A DNA stretch of 64,000 bases from the human T2T-CHM13v2.0 reference genome, Homo sapiens, in the NCBI RefSeq assembly GCF_009914755.1, contig NC_060940.1. One strand, 5' to 3'. The position numbers were made by a program, and so were the translations under genes. Below, one piece after another: positions 1 to 15,932 of the stretch (the first letter of the stretch is position 1; every line of letters begins with the position of its first letter). The notes beneath the pieces are model-generated. The model worked only from the letters and a program-made list of their open reading frames with translations. It ran no database searches and was not told the DNA's origin.

Positions 1-14
1 AGGGTCATTGATTA

Positions 15-113
15 ATCCCCGATGCCTAGCACAGTGCCTGGTCCAGAAGAGATTCTCAATAATGTTTGTTTAATTAAGCAATTATAGGCACTCAGTAAGT
101 GCTCAGTAAATGT
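15..113 (+). mobile_element. L2 3' end plus MIR tail fragment
   Basis: cctagcacagtgcctgg...ctcaataatgtttg; ggcactcagtaagtgctcagtaaatg. Confidence 0.6.
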
Positions 114-683
114 GATCATCAGGGCTGCCAATAGGGATCAAGCTGCTTTGGAATGAGATGAGACTCCCATCCCTGGAGGCATCCAAGCAGGACCTAGAAG
201 AAGACATGCTAGGGACCCTCAGACCCAGAAGAGGCTTCCAGGTCCTCTTCCACTATGAAAGCTGTCAGGTCTGCCCTATGCCCAGTGCAAGGGATGGAGG
301 GGCAGCTCGGGCTGCCTCAGGGACAGACAGCGTCTCAGCAGCCGTAACACATGTGCACCAAGCCGGAGAAGCCGCCTGCATTTCTCAATCACTAGAGATG
401 TATTTGCACCTCAAAGTGCGGCCTCCTGCACTGCTTAATGAGGAAAGCAATCATTATGGGGGGCTTGCGGGCCTGGGGTCGGAAGGAAAGAAAAAACTTT
501 TTTTGCCAACATTGTGTACAGAGTGCCAGGCAGAATGGACTTAAATCCTCCCTCAAAGGGCCCCCTGGGCAGGGCACTTCCTGCAGACAATTGGAACTTG
601 GCCTGTAGGGTTCAACTTCCTTTGTGTTAACTAATTTCTGACTCAGGGTTTTCAGCTATTTCTTTCTAGAACAATACACTCAC

Positions 684-1060
684 TGCAACAGTCCGCCGGT
701 GCGGCTATCTTCCGCGGTGGCAGCGGCACGCTCTCCCCTGCCTCCCTCCTCAGCAGGAGGGGAGGGAGGTGTGAAAAGCCATCGAAAAGAGGTGGCTGGG
801 AGCGGTCAAGCCCTGTCCCCCCACAAGTGCAAGTCTCATTTTCAGCTCTCTGGAGCCAGAATGCAAGACAGGACCCCAGGAGGGGTCTCGGAGCCCCCAG
901 GATTTCTGGGCAAGCAAATAACAAAGCAGGCGGGAAAAGAGGGCACAGCCCCCAGAAGAAAACCTTCCTCCCTCGGTCATTAACCGAGCCCACCAGAACC
1001 CTCCCGCCTCCTCGCCCGCTTTCCCGTTTCTGTAATCTTTTTCTAATCTGCTTGCCGCTT
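684..1060 (-). promoter_or_regulatory. CpG-rich internal promoter and candidate non-coding alternative first exon (donor at 684|683)
   Basis: CpG cluster at 690-730 and 970-1060 in a CpG-poor background. Minus strand reads ggactgttgca|GTGAGTgt. ETS-like CTTCC motifs at 1038-1050. TSS position not determined. Confidence 0.55.
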
Positions 1061-1079
1061 CCTGCTTCCTCCAAACCAC

Positions 1080-1520
1080 CTTAATTGGGAACTCTTTAGT
1101 TCACAAGGAAAGTTCCTTTCTGCTCTCTGAGGACACCTATCGAGGGTAAGCCAGGCTCTTCATCATAATTCTTACCAGACATGGCTAATAATGACCCTCT
1201 TTCGCTAATGAAAAAAACACACACATGCACACATTGTGGCTGCGGTAATTAAGCCTGTGACGAGTTGAGTTGGAGAGAAATTAGATTTATTTACACGCTG
1301 TTCTGTTGCTGATGAAGCACAAGCTATCGGGAAGCTTTCTCATTAACCCTCGTTTACAGGGTGTGTGCTCTTTTGTGCCTCTACGAACCCTCTGTAAATT
1401 GTAGTTGGTTAAAAAATAATAATAATTAGCCATTCTTAGAGTGGAGTTTTCTCCTATAACTCTGTTAATCCTCGAGTTACACTGCCCAGATGCTGATGGT
1501 AATAAAATGCCCAAAGGACT
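1080..1520. promoter_or_regulatory. Putative conserved non-coding element next to the promoter
   Basis: Repeat-free, retains CpGs, dense TAAT/ATTA cores (cttaattgg, ggtaattaag, aattagatttatttac, ataattagcc). Confidence 0.5.
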
Positions 1521-2689
1521 TCAGGTCTGAGCTGCAGCCACATCAATGCATCAGCCAACAAGTGTTGCCGGAATGCCTGCCACCCGAAGACCCTGTGCTA
1601 GGGACCCGGTGGAGTCAGAGACGGCCCTGCCTCAGAGGAGATCATGAAATCTTCCTACTGGAAAGGAACTGGGTGAGTGGCTGATTGAGGCAGAAAGAAT
1701 GATGCAGGGGCCAGACTGAAAGCCAGGCTGAGTCCAAGGTTCAGGTAGAAGAAATAGGGAGCCACTGGAGGTTTGTGAGTGAGGGAGGGGAGGCAAATGC
1801 AGTGTTTAAGCAAAATTAGATGACAGCCCACAGAGATGACTGGAAGGTTTCAGAGACAAGGGTTTTCAAAACGGACTTGCTGTTTTGAATCCTGGGGGCA
1901 GCCTGCATCAGCCCAGGCCGCCTATCACCAGTTACGACAGCCTGTGAGGTCTAAGAGGCTCTAAGTGTGTGGCCCACCACTATCTTAATGACAGCTCTCT
2001 CTTTGGAGGGACTGTCATTTTATTAAACACACATACAGACATTAAAATGCTTCCCAATTTCAGAAATGTTAGGCAATGACAAAATACACATCTTAGAATG
2101 AAAACAGCATGAACATCAAGCGCTTGGAAAACAGCCTTTTGGAAGGCCAGTCCCCGCCACACTGATACGGAATTGGACCCCTCCCCGGAGTTCCAACACT
2201 GGCCTAGACAAAGAGCACCCGGACTGCCACAGATGACTCCATGGCACCTTTCAGGGGCATCTTCCCACCAAATGCGTGTCTCGAAAGGTCCCTGCCCATC
2301 CCTTAAGCTTGGACCCAGGGAAGCTTCAAGTTGGAAGGGACCTAAGAGACCACCTCATCCAGCCCAGCTCTCACCTGCATGGAAAGGAGGAGGTGGCAAC
2401 CATCACCACCTCCCAGGGCACACGGGCAAAAAGGCACGGGTCATGGGTGGGCTGAGAACAGGGGGAAGCACCCATGATGAGTTCGGACACTTGTGAGCAC
2501 CCCTGAGGACAAGTCCATTGCGAGATGGCGGGGGGAAGCCAGCATGCGCGGGGAGTGGCAGACATGAACAGGCCTCAGAACCCATGTCCACATGGCTGCA
2601 TAATTCCTTGTTTTCTTCTAGAGTGTGTGGCACTTTTAAAAGCCAAAGTCCTGCCAAAAGACAGAAACCCCACCTAACTATAGTGAGAA

Positions 2690-2940
2690 GTCCCATTTTG
2701 TGTCACCAACACACAATAGACAACTGGCCCTGTGCAAGTGTTTTTGTTTTTCTTATAAATTACTTGTCACGATGCACAATGACAGTTATTTCTTTTCCAT
2801 TACGCTGTGCAATGTTGGGACTGAATCCAACACTCCTGTGTCCTCCACAACAAAGACAAAAAAATAGACTTTAAATCAACGCTTATTTATAAATGAGGCC
2901 AAGAATTTCCATTCTCATTTTTTCCTGTTTCCATGTGCTA
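2690..2940. promoter_or_regulatory. Putative conserved non-coding element
   Basis: AT-rich repeat-free block with ACAAT/ACAAAG (SOX), TGACAG (MEIS) and TTTAT/TAAAT cores. Confidence 0.4.
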
Positions 2941-3828
2941 TTGGAGATTCCATAGGTTCGTGATGCTCTTCCTGACTCAGCTTAAAACTGGCTACACCGA
3001 CATCTCCTACAGTCTGAACTTCTAACAAAGGGAGCCTTCAGTAATGAGTCATAAAACCACTATCCTGTTCCCATGTAGAGAAGATTAGGTGAATAAGGAG
3101 GCCAGCCCCCTGCTCCTACCAACAGCAAGGCTTGATCAGCCACCTGCTTGAAGTTAAGTTTCCAGGACATGAGGAGCACCTGCATGGTGAGGACTGCAGA
3201 ATGCTGTTGACCCAGCATTTGAAAATCACCATAGCCCTCTCCCATAGAACTCACCTGTCAGTAACTTCTAAAATTCAACACATCCCTCAGGCTATTGTGG
3301 ACACTCAAACCAAGCCAGACACGTGACCACCTGCCTCCAAATCCCCCTTGGGTGGGGTGAGGAGCCCGGCTCAGCAGGAAATACACCCCTGTCATCAATT
3401 CTGGTGAAGAAAGGCCTCAAAGACAAACACCCCACGTACCCTGGACAGCCCCAACAGCAAACTCAGGTTTCCCTGCCGTGGCAGGTGGGAGATTAATTTC
3501 CCCCAGTGTACTGAAGGGGAAAGAAAGGGAAAGAAAGAATGACGCACAGGATCTCCTTTCCCCTCATGTTAATCCTCCCCTGACCCGCCCTCGGCTCCTC
3601 CCCTCCACACTGTTGGTCCCCCTGCCTGTGGTCACCCTGGTTCAGGACTGCGGTACCTCCTCCCCAGGTGACTGTAAAACATCCCTGGCATCTCCAGCCT
3701 CTCATCAAACTCTGAGTGAACACCTGCTAAATGGTAGGCACTTCCTGCCTCGCCTTCACCTGCCAAAGGTAGAAAATGGTTTACCCGGGAGCCTAATCAC
3801 CAGAAGCTTCCAGATCAGGAATTGTTAG

Positions 3829-4128
<300 letters not shown>

Positions 4129-4150
4129 AAAAGAATTTTTAAAATAATCA

Positions 4151-4461
<311 letters not shown>

Positions 4462-4489
4462 TTACTCCCTCATGTTCCTTAAAGAATGG

Positions 4490-4790
4490 CACTCCAAGTC
4501 TAAATTATAGTGGCAAGGGGTACACACGTGAGTGACAGAACTTTAAAACAAAGCAAGGGTGTGATCACCATAAAAGTCAAGCTAGTGATTCTTTCTGGAA
4601 GGAGAAACAGGGATGGGGAACAAGGATAAGCCTTCCGAAGTAGCTTGCAAAGTTCTATTTCTAGACCTGGGAAGTGGTTTCAATGGCGTTCACCTTATAA
4701 AAATTCACTAAGTTCTACATTGACTTTGTGGGTTTCTAGATCTGTGTTTCATTTTGCAATAAAACCATATTTTTAAAAAAATAATAAAAG
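4490..4790 (+). mobile_element. L1ME-type 3' end
   Basis: gttctatttctagacctggg...ttcattttgcaataaaa, typical of old L1M 3' UTR. Confidence 0.65.
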
Positions 4791-4801
4791 GAAAGCTTGC
4801 T

Positions 4802-5192
<391 letters not shown>

Positions 5193-5676
5193 TTACAGAT
5201 AGGTGCTACAGACCCTAACAGACAACCCTGGCGGGACCACAGCAGCCTCAGGAGCAGCACATACTCATGAAAGTTCTCAGCCAGGAGTGCGCTTTGCAGG
5301 GCAATGGCTGTTGAAAAGCATGGAGTTGCACTTCTGCAAATCCAGACACCCTCTGAAACTTCCTGCTTTTAACCCCTGTGACAGCTTAGAGTTAAGATCC
5401 CAAAACTCTGGAAGTGTTGTAAGTTTGGAATGTGTTGGGTGCCTAACATTCCAAGTGTAAAGTCCTCTTTTGTGTAATTCCACAACCTCCTTCAGACGTC
5501 ACAGGAGGTGGCCCTGTCTGTGCAGATGAGACTAGGGTCCCTGCTGCACCTGCCCTTTGGCCCTGGTTCTCTTTAGAGAGATTGCGAGTTGTGGGTGTTC
5601 CCCTGGGCTGTAGCTCCAAGGGCCAGGATCACTTTAGACTTGCTTACACTGTAACCCCAGTGCCTAGTGTTTGCTT

Positions 5677-6070
5677 AGTGAATGGGTGAATGGATGGGTA
5701 GATCAATGGGTGGATGGGTGGGTGGGGTGGGTAGATGGATGGATTAATGACTGAATGGACAGATGAGTGGATGAATGGGTGGATGGATTGATGAATGGAT
5801 GGATGCGTGGGTGGATGAATGGGTGGATGGGTGGGTGGGGTGGGTAGATGGATTAATGAATGGATGGATGGATGGATGAGGGGATGAATGGGTAGATGAG
5901 CTGATGAATGGCTGAATGGGTGGGTGGGGTGGGTAGATGGATGGATTAATGAATGGATGGATGAATGGGTGGATGGGTTGATGAATGGATGGATGGGTGG
6001 ATGGGTGGGTGGGTGGGGTGGGTAGATGTATGGATTAATGAATGGATGGATGGATGAACTAATGAATAAA
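5677..6070 (+). repeat. (TGGA/TGGG/TGAA)n compound repeat grown from an L2 tail, with a higher-order unit
   Basis: L2 end at about 5610-5680; anchor gattaatga at 5742, 5851, 5944 and 6033. Confidence 0.9.
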
Positions 6071-6606
6071 TTTGTCACCCTTTCACAAGAGCTTTCCTCT
6101 CCAGCATATCCTCTAGGGGATTAGGAATCATATTTGCCTTACTTGCCACGGACCCATCAGCACCTGAGTCAGGGTTCGGCACACAGTAGGCCTCCAATAT
6201 ATTTTTATAAATGAATGGGTGAAGAAAAACCAACTGTGCTAGGGATAGAGGATACGAAGATGACCAAGACATGGTCCTGCCGCCAAGGACCTCACCATTT
6301 AGCCAGGAATGGAGAAACACACATCAGACAATGTGATGAGGGCAAGCAGCACAAGATAGGAGCACAGACAGAACTCGAACTGAGCAGAGAATGAGGGAGG
6401 GCTTCCCAGAGGAGGGGACCTGGACCTGACTCTTGATTGAAAAGCCAGAAAGTCTCCCCCTGAGACTCAGGACAGCACCCCTAGGCGGTGGTTGGGGTCC
6501 CCTCCACCCCACTGACTTCTCCCCCGACCATCTGCTATATCCATTGCTTCCAAGAGTCATCTCCCCAAATTCCCCCTGCCATGCCGTCACCACCACCTCC
6601 CTCCAA

Positions 6607-6775
6607 CACACACACACACACACACACACGTACACACACGCATACATGCATGCACATGAACACACATATGCATATACGCACACACGCACACATATATACA
6701 CATAAACACATGCACACGTACACACACATGCACACACATACATGCACACACACACACACACATGCACACACACAC
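6607..6775 (+). repeat. Degenerate (CA)n/(CATG)n tract
   Basis: Directly visible. Confidence 0.95.
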
Positions 6776-6849
6776 CCTCTGAGAAGGCCCTTTGCCTCCC
6801 AAACACAGTGTGACCTGAGAGAGGTTCAGCCCAGGTTACTTGCCCTCTC

Positions 6850-6980
6850 TGTGACCTGGGTCTCCCCAGCAATAAAGGGAGACAATGACAATGTCTACCT
6901 CATAGGACTGCTGGTGGTTAAATGTGAGAAACCATGAAAGGGTCCTGCACAACACTGGGCACCATAGCTGCCAATAGCTC
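6850..6980 (+). mobile_element. MIR
   Basis: ctacctcataggactgctggtggttaaatgtgaga core. Confidence 0.7.
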
Positions 6981-7094
6981 CATTCTGACTGCCATTGCTA
7001 CGACTGAGGAGGCCATACTACAGAGGAAAGCAAACCTGGCCTGTGCCAGCCTGCTCCCATGCCACGGCAGGGCCTTCACCCTACACACAGATCC

Positions 7095-7220
7095 CCAGCG
7101 AGCCTGCTCAAATGCAGATTCTGCTTCAGCAGGTCTGGGAAGAAGCCCAAGATTGTGTGTTACTAGAAGCTCCCAGTAAGGAGAACGACGCTGGTCCCAG
7201 GACCACGCTCTGAGTAGCAA
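7095..7220. mobile_element. MER5A fragment
   Basis: aaatgcagattctgcttcagcaggtctggg...ggaccacgctctgagtagcaa. Confidence 0.75.
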
Positions 7221-7234
7221 AGACTCAGCCCAAC

Positions 7235-7378
7235 TGAACTCATTACCTCACCTGCAAAACAGGAGCCATAAAAACCACCTCCCAGGGCTGTTGTAAAGAG
7301 TAAATGCAGCAACATGCGTGCGTATGGGAGCCCTCCTGCACCCAGATAGGCACAGAGTGGGTGCTGAGAAAATGGCAA
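7235..7378 (+). mobile_element. MIR
   Basis: cctcacctgcaaaacagg...cctcccagggctgttgtaaagagtaaatg. Confidence 0.65.
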
Positions 7379-7493
7379 CTCCTTCCTCCATTTCCTCCCT
7401 CCTCTTCTCCCACTAACCAGCTAATTCTGAATACTATTGACCTCTGCACATACATCCAAGGTACAGTAACAGTGTTCAAATAAGGCTTAATAA

Positions 7494-8075
<582 letters not shown>

Positions 8076-8596
8076 TGATGCCCAGACAGAATGCCCCACA
8101 CAGAAGCCTGTGGCCAGCCCTTCGCAGGGCACAAAGACCCCGAGTGAGCTTCCCAACCTCTCTGTGAGGCTGGTGAGCCAGGAATGACCATGTCTGTGTC
8201 TAGACAAGAGGACTAATGTTCATGAGGTCAAGCAATTTGATGAGGTCAGGCCAGGAAGAAGAAAAGATAGGCATCCTGCACCTCATTCTAGAACAATTTC
8301 CCCAGCATAAGAAGGCCCGAGACTTACTTTACAAGTGCAGAGGGGAGGACTGGAGGGCTGGCAGCTGTCACTCAGGAGGTGCAAGGACACTCCAGACTCT
8401 CCCACTACCTTCCGCTCTCGGGAACGGCCTAGGTGGGCCCTTTGACTCTTACCTTCAACACCCCATCTGAAGGCTGACTGAGCCCAGGCAACCAGCCCAA
8501 CGCTTGGTCTTGGAATATCTTATTCTAATAATTGAGGGGGAAATAAGCCAAGTAAAAAGCCCACAACCTCCACATCACTGAAATGAAAATGTTTAA

Positions 8597-8862
<266 letters not shown>

Positions 8863-8912
8863 ATCCCTTTCTTATTCAGGTTTAACTCACAAATCTTAAG
8901 CAAACTGGGTGA

Positions 8913-9176
<264 letters not shown>

Positions 9177-10004
9177 GACAGCAAGGTTTTACATAAATGA
9201 GCACACAAATCAAGGTATGGGACATTCCCTGCACCCCAGTAGGTTCCCACATGTCCTTCCAAAGGCAGTCACTTCTTCGCCTCTATCACAGACATCCACT
9301 TTGCCCACTCCCCAGCGTCACAGGAACAGACACGTGCACCCCACTTCTCCGCTGCCTCTGCTTCCTTTGCTCAACATGATGTCTACACGAGTCACCCACA
9401 CTTGGGGGTGGCAACTGGTTGTTCATCTTTATTGCTGCGTTCATGCCTTCCTGTTAATTTTTGTTTTCCAAAGGGTCAGTTTCCACCCAATCCTTTTGCC
9501 CCATCCATGTCACCATGAACAAACAGAAGACCACAGATCAGATCAGCCCGTTCCTTCCTTCCCACCATTTGCTGGGTAGCTCGTTTAAGGTTTAAAGCAT
9601 TTCCATCACCATGTCTGGCAACCAGACACCACTCAGCGGAGAGCTACCTCTCCTCTGACGGACCTTTGTGCAGAAAGTCTCACGGCTGAGGCAGCCTGCT
9701 GGCCCCACGGGCAGGAGGAGACAGGAAAGGGGCTGTGTCTGTGAGTCACCCACTCCCACAGCCAAACTGCAAGAGGGAGGAGGTCGATGTACTTTTCTCA
9801 GGCCAAAGAGAGGATGTGTGTGGGGAAGATGGATGTTGGCAAGAGCCCCCAACCCCACAGAGGACCCCTCGCTCCCATGCCCTGCTGCGGGGAACATGAG
9901 AGCCACTCCCAGATACGCAGCCTCTCACCACCAGTCCCCTCCAGCATAAGAGAAGACCATGCTGCACTGGGTCCCACTCACCCCACCATTCCTGAACAAA
10001 TTAA

Positions 10005-10092
10005 AGCAACCCAGTGTCCATCAACAGAGGAAGGGATAAACAAAAAGTGGGCTAGACACACAATGGACTATGATTCAGCCTTAAAAAAGAAG
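10005..10092 (+). mobile_element. L1MB 3' region, left part of the host element
   Basis: caacccagtgtccatcaacagaggaagggataaacaaaa...tcagccttaaaaaagaagg. Confidence 0.8.
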
Positions 10093-10902
10093 GCGGGCTG
10101 GGACTGAGCTCATGAGGGCCTGCAGAGTGGAGACTTAAATCCAAGGTCAGGGCAAAACATCTGGAGTTCATTGCCAGGACTGTGATGTTACAGAAAAGGA
10201 CCGTGAAAGGTGCGTGCGGGACCCAACACAGAATCGTGGCCATGAATGGGCTCGCTGAGGACATTCGACATCAGTGGTGCCATGAGAAGCCATGCCACCA
10301 GCAACAGGGGAAAGCTACGGAAACTGCCGGCAGATCTACAGCATGGAGATGGCTCCAAGGATCAACCTCTTGGTGGAAAAGAACTGTCTGGATCGGCGGG
10401 GCTGCTGAGCCTGTGGATACGACACCCACCTCTTTTTTCTTTTCTTTTTTTTTCTTTTTTGAGATAGAGTCTTACTCTGTCCCCCAGGCTGGAGTGTAGT
10501 GGCACGATCTCGGCCCACTACAACCTCCGTCTCCCAGGTTCAAGCAATTCTCCTGCCTCAGCCTCCCCCAGTAGCTGGGATTACAGGTGTGCGCCACCAC
10601 GCCCAGCTAATTTTTTTTTTTTTTTTGTATTTTTTGTAGAGACGCGGTTTCACCATGTTGGCCAGGCTGGGCTCAAACTCCTGACCTCAAGTGATTTGCC
10701 CGCCTCATCTCCCAAAGTGCTGGGATTACAGCCACCACCCCCAGCCAAGTGCCTCCACCTCTTTTCTTCCTGCAACCCCATTCTTGGTTACCTTTCTCTA
10801 CCTTCACCTCAATCCCATGTATGCAAAAAGGCTGCCACATAGAGAAGTAACCCCATGAGCCAGCAATGAGCCTTCTCTTTTATTAAGTGAAAGAAAAAAC
10901 TG

Positions 10903-10903
<1 letters not shown>
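10093..10903 (+). pseudogene. MRPS21P7: Processed pseudogene of mitochondrial ribosomal protein S21 (CDS remnant 10149-10408; 3' UTR interrupted by an Alu)
   Basis: Translates (R)AKHLEFIARTVMLQKRTVKGACGTQHRIVAMNGLAEDIRHQWCHEKPCHQQQ, frameshifts near 10307, then SYGNCRQIYSMEMAPRINLLVEKNCLDRRGC*. Collinear with MRPS21 (MAKHLKFIARTVMVQ...EKPC...[27 protein letters not shown]). Start ATG>AGG, no introns. The P7 versus P8 number is from memory and unverified. Confidence 0.92.
10431..10746 (-). mobile_element. AluS inserted in the pseudogene 3' UTR
   Basis: Full dimer; ccacctctttt repeated on both sides. Confidence 0.93.
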
Positions 10904-11434
<531 letters not shown>

Positions 11435-11439
11435 GTCAA

Positions 11440-11815
11440 AGAAAAGGGAGGAAATTCTAATATATGCTACAAGCTGGATAAACCTTGAGGACATTATGCT
11501 AAGGGAAACAAGCCAGGCACAAAAAGAAAAATACTGTATGTCTCCACTCACATGAGGGCCTGGCTGCAGTAGTCAAATTCATACAGATAGACAGTAGAAT
11601 AGTGGCTGTCAGGGCCTAGGCGACGGGGAATGGGGAGTGAGTGTTTAATGAGAATAGAGTTTCACCTGGGAAAATGAAAAGAACTCTAGAGATGGATGGT
11701 GGAGGCAGCTGCACGAGAATGTGAATGTACCTAATGCTGCTGAACTGTGCACTTAAAATGGTTATGATAGTAAATTTTATCTTATGTATTTTACCACAAT
11801 TTCTAAAAAGAAAAT
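11440..11815 (+). mobile_element. L1MB 3' terminus, right part of the host element
   Basis: aggaaattctaatatatgctacaagctggataaaccttgaggacattatgctaag resumes the L1MB consensus where 10092 stops. Confidence 0.88.
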
Positions 11816-12519
11816 TTTAATGGAGGAAAACAGTAGAATACTGAGAAAATGTATAGCAGGCAGATGCAAGAAAATTCAAAGCAGAAGTCAGGATATTAAC
11901 ATAGGACCAAATGCAATTCAAGGGAAATATCATTAAATAAGACAAGGTTGTTTCATGTTTTTTTAAGTGAAGGTTTGCAGCTCCAGCGAGCCTAAAGGAG
12001 GAGCCAGGCACAGCGGATGAGGAAATCTCCTGCCCAAGAAGTGACAGGAAGACTCCTCTCCCTGCTCACACAGGCTCCCAACATCACTCCCAGGAAAACA
12101 AGGTTTGTGGCAGGCAAGAAAACGCACGTGCTTCCGTCAGCTAGAGGGAGACCTGATGCCACAGCACTGAGAGACCCTCCTTCAGACATCCTCACCCACG
12201 CTTTTTCCAAGCCTGTGACCTTCAGAGCAAGTCCCAGGCTCTGGGGGACTCCCAGTCCTTTGGCTTCTTATAAAACAAAGTTTCAGATCCCGGGAGGCCC
12301 AGGAAACTCAAAACACTACAGGCCTGAGCCTGAGCCTGAGCCGTGGGGAAGCTGCTAGCCTCTAACTGAGGCCCAGTCTGAAACCAACAGGCAGATTCTC
12401 TGCATCTCGGCAATAAAAGCAACAGCTTCAGCAGTGCAGACCGAGCCTCGGTCCCTCAGAGGCCAGGCTCATCACAGCACTATCTCCTTTCTCACTTCCC
12501 GGCTGTGCTATAAACTAGG

Positions 12520-12977
12520 ACCTCTGATCCCATTTTACAGATGAGGAAACTGACGCTCACAAGTCAAGTACTAAGGTTAAAGTCCCAAGTAGGAGGTCCT
12601 GGGATGCAAACTTATGACCTGGCAGACTCCAGAACCCCAGAACCCAATTCTTTTTTTTTCTTTTCTTTCTTTCTTTTTTTTTTTTAGAGGCAGGGTCTCA
12701 CTCTGTTGCCCAAGCTGTAGTGCAGTGGTGCAAACACAGCTCACTCACTGCAGTCTTGAACTCCTGGGCTCAAGCAGTCCTCCTACACCACAGGTGTGTG
12801 CCACTCGTGCACAGATAATTTTTTTATTTTTTTTGTAGAGATGGGGTCTCGCTATGCTGCCCAGGCTGGTCTCAAACAGCTGCCCTCAAGTTATCCTCCT
12901 GCATCGGCCTCTCAAAGTGCGGGGCTTACAGGCCACCGTGCCTGGCCCCAGAACCCAATTCTTAACCATTAGACTGT
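12520..12977 (-). mobile_element. MIR split by an AluJ (Alu 12651-12947, minus strand)
   Basis: cccattttacagatgaggaaactga; Alu TSD ccagaacccaattctt at 12637-12652 and 12948-12963. Confidence 0.88.
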
Positions 12978-13539
12978 GATGGTCTTCTGAGACATTCAAA
13001 CAACATGGGGGACTTCAAAGCCTGGAGACCAGGGAAGGCCGGGGAAAGCAGAACTCGAAGTGGGCCAAGGCACCTCCATCTTTGTTCCCAGCCAAGAGGC
13101 TGCATCAGGTACAAAAAGACCAAACTATCCCTTAGCCATCATCACACTGATTCATATGAACCATTCTGAGATTCCACAGCACTGGGATCTAGGAATCAAT
13201 TTGATCCAACAGCCCATGGAGCGCTGTTCATTGTCACTGACATCTAATTAGATGTCATTCACTGTCATCCACAACTGATAAAAAAGGAAACTAGTGGAAT
13301 GATCAGAGAGGGGCATGCGCAGTCAGAAGTCACACAGCAAGTTCCCACTGAGTTAGGCCTCATCCTTTAATCCCAGGGAGAGTCAGACCCCACCAGGCAC
13401 CCCAAGAACATGCCCTCAAACACAGCATCGAGGACAACATTCCAGCAGGCACCAGGACACAGAAGGAATCCTCTGAAGTCCACGCATCCTTCCAGCCAGG
13501 CCAATACGCACTGTCTGCCTGCCAGCCTGACACTTGGGC

Positions 13540-14200
13540 CTTTGTATTTTATTGCTAATTAATTTGGATGGAGATGTCTTTAAAACCAGGCTTACGTCGG
13601 GTCCTCCCCACTGTCTGTGAACCAATTTCATTACAACAGAAACCGTGTTGCCAAAATGAGAAATCCCCTCCTTTTCAGGCCTGTGCCCTTGAAGGCATCT
13701 TATTAGAAAAGACCATTTCTTAATTAACATTTTTGATCTTTAATCCATTACACATCCCTCTAATCCTGTACGGAGGTGCGGCTGGCCCACTTCCGCAGGC
13801 TGGCTCTGGGCTGCACGAGGCTGGCAATTTCAGCGCTGAGGGCTCGCGCACAGCTGGACTCTGCCGCGGACAGTCTGCAGCTCCCAGACACCACCTCTGC
13901 TCCAGCCATGGGTACGTCCCTGAGCGGGAGCCGGGAACGGGGGCGCGGCGCGGACACCCCCGGATGGGCCAGTCTGCAGACGAGAGTTCATTTCATTAAC
14001 CCGTGAGCCCCAACTCTTCTCGGCCCAGAATGGTTTCAAGCAAAGGCTGTTTTAGCAGATCCGGCTCCCGCAAAGCATGAGAGCCGCTAGGCTGGGCTTC
14101 CCTTCCACACGTCTCCTGCAACCTGGCCACATCTAAACGAAGAGCCGGTGTCATCAAGGTCACGGCACATGTACTCCCACGCCATCGCCTGCTTTGGAAA
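13540..14200. promoter_or_regulatory. Putative enhancer: homeodomain-motif block next to a small CpG cluster
   Basis: ctaattaatt, ttaattaac, TAATCC at 13741 and 13761; CpG-dense from 13770 to 14060. Confidence 0.55.
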
Positions 14201-14289
14201 GCAGTGGACCTGCCTGGTGACCCTGTCCTTCCTGGAAGATTTTCTTCATAGGGTTCTGGGGACCTGCCCGCTCCCAGTTTTCCTCCTTC

Positions 14290-15932
<1,643 letters not shown>

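Noticed and set aside
652-1084. Overlapping ORFs across the promoter-like region
   Set aside because: Four overlapping frames on both strands with no homology; explained by GC content.
10182-10499. 105-aa ORF as a functional MRPS21-derived protein
   Set aside because: Original start lost, frameshift mid-CDS, C-terminus from an Alu tail, many substitutions at conserved residues.
13900-13920. Kozak ATG plus donor-like gccATGG|GTACGT on the plus strand
   Set aside because: Single short motif with no supporting downstream exon.
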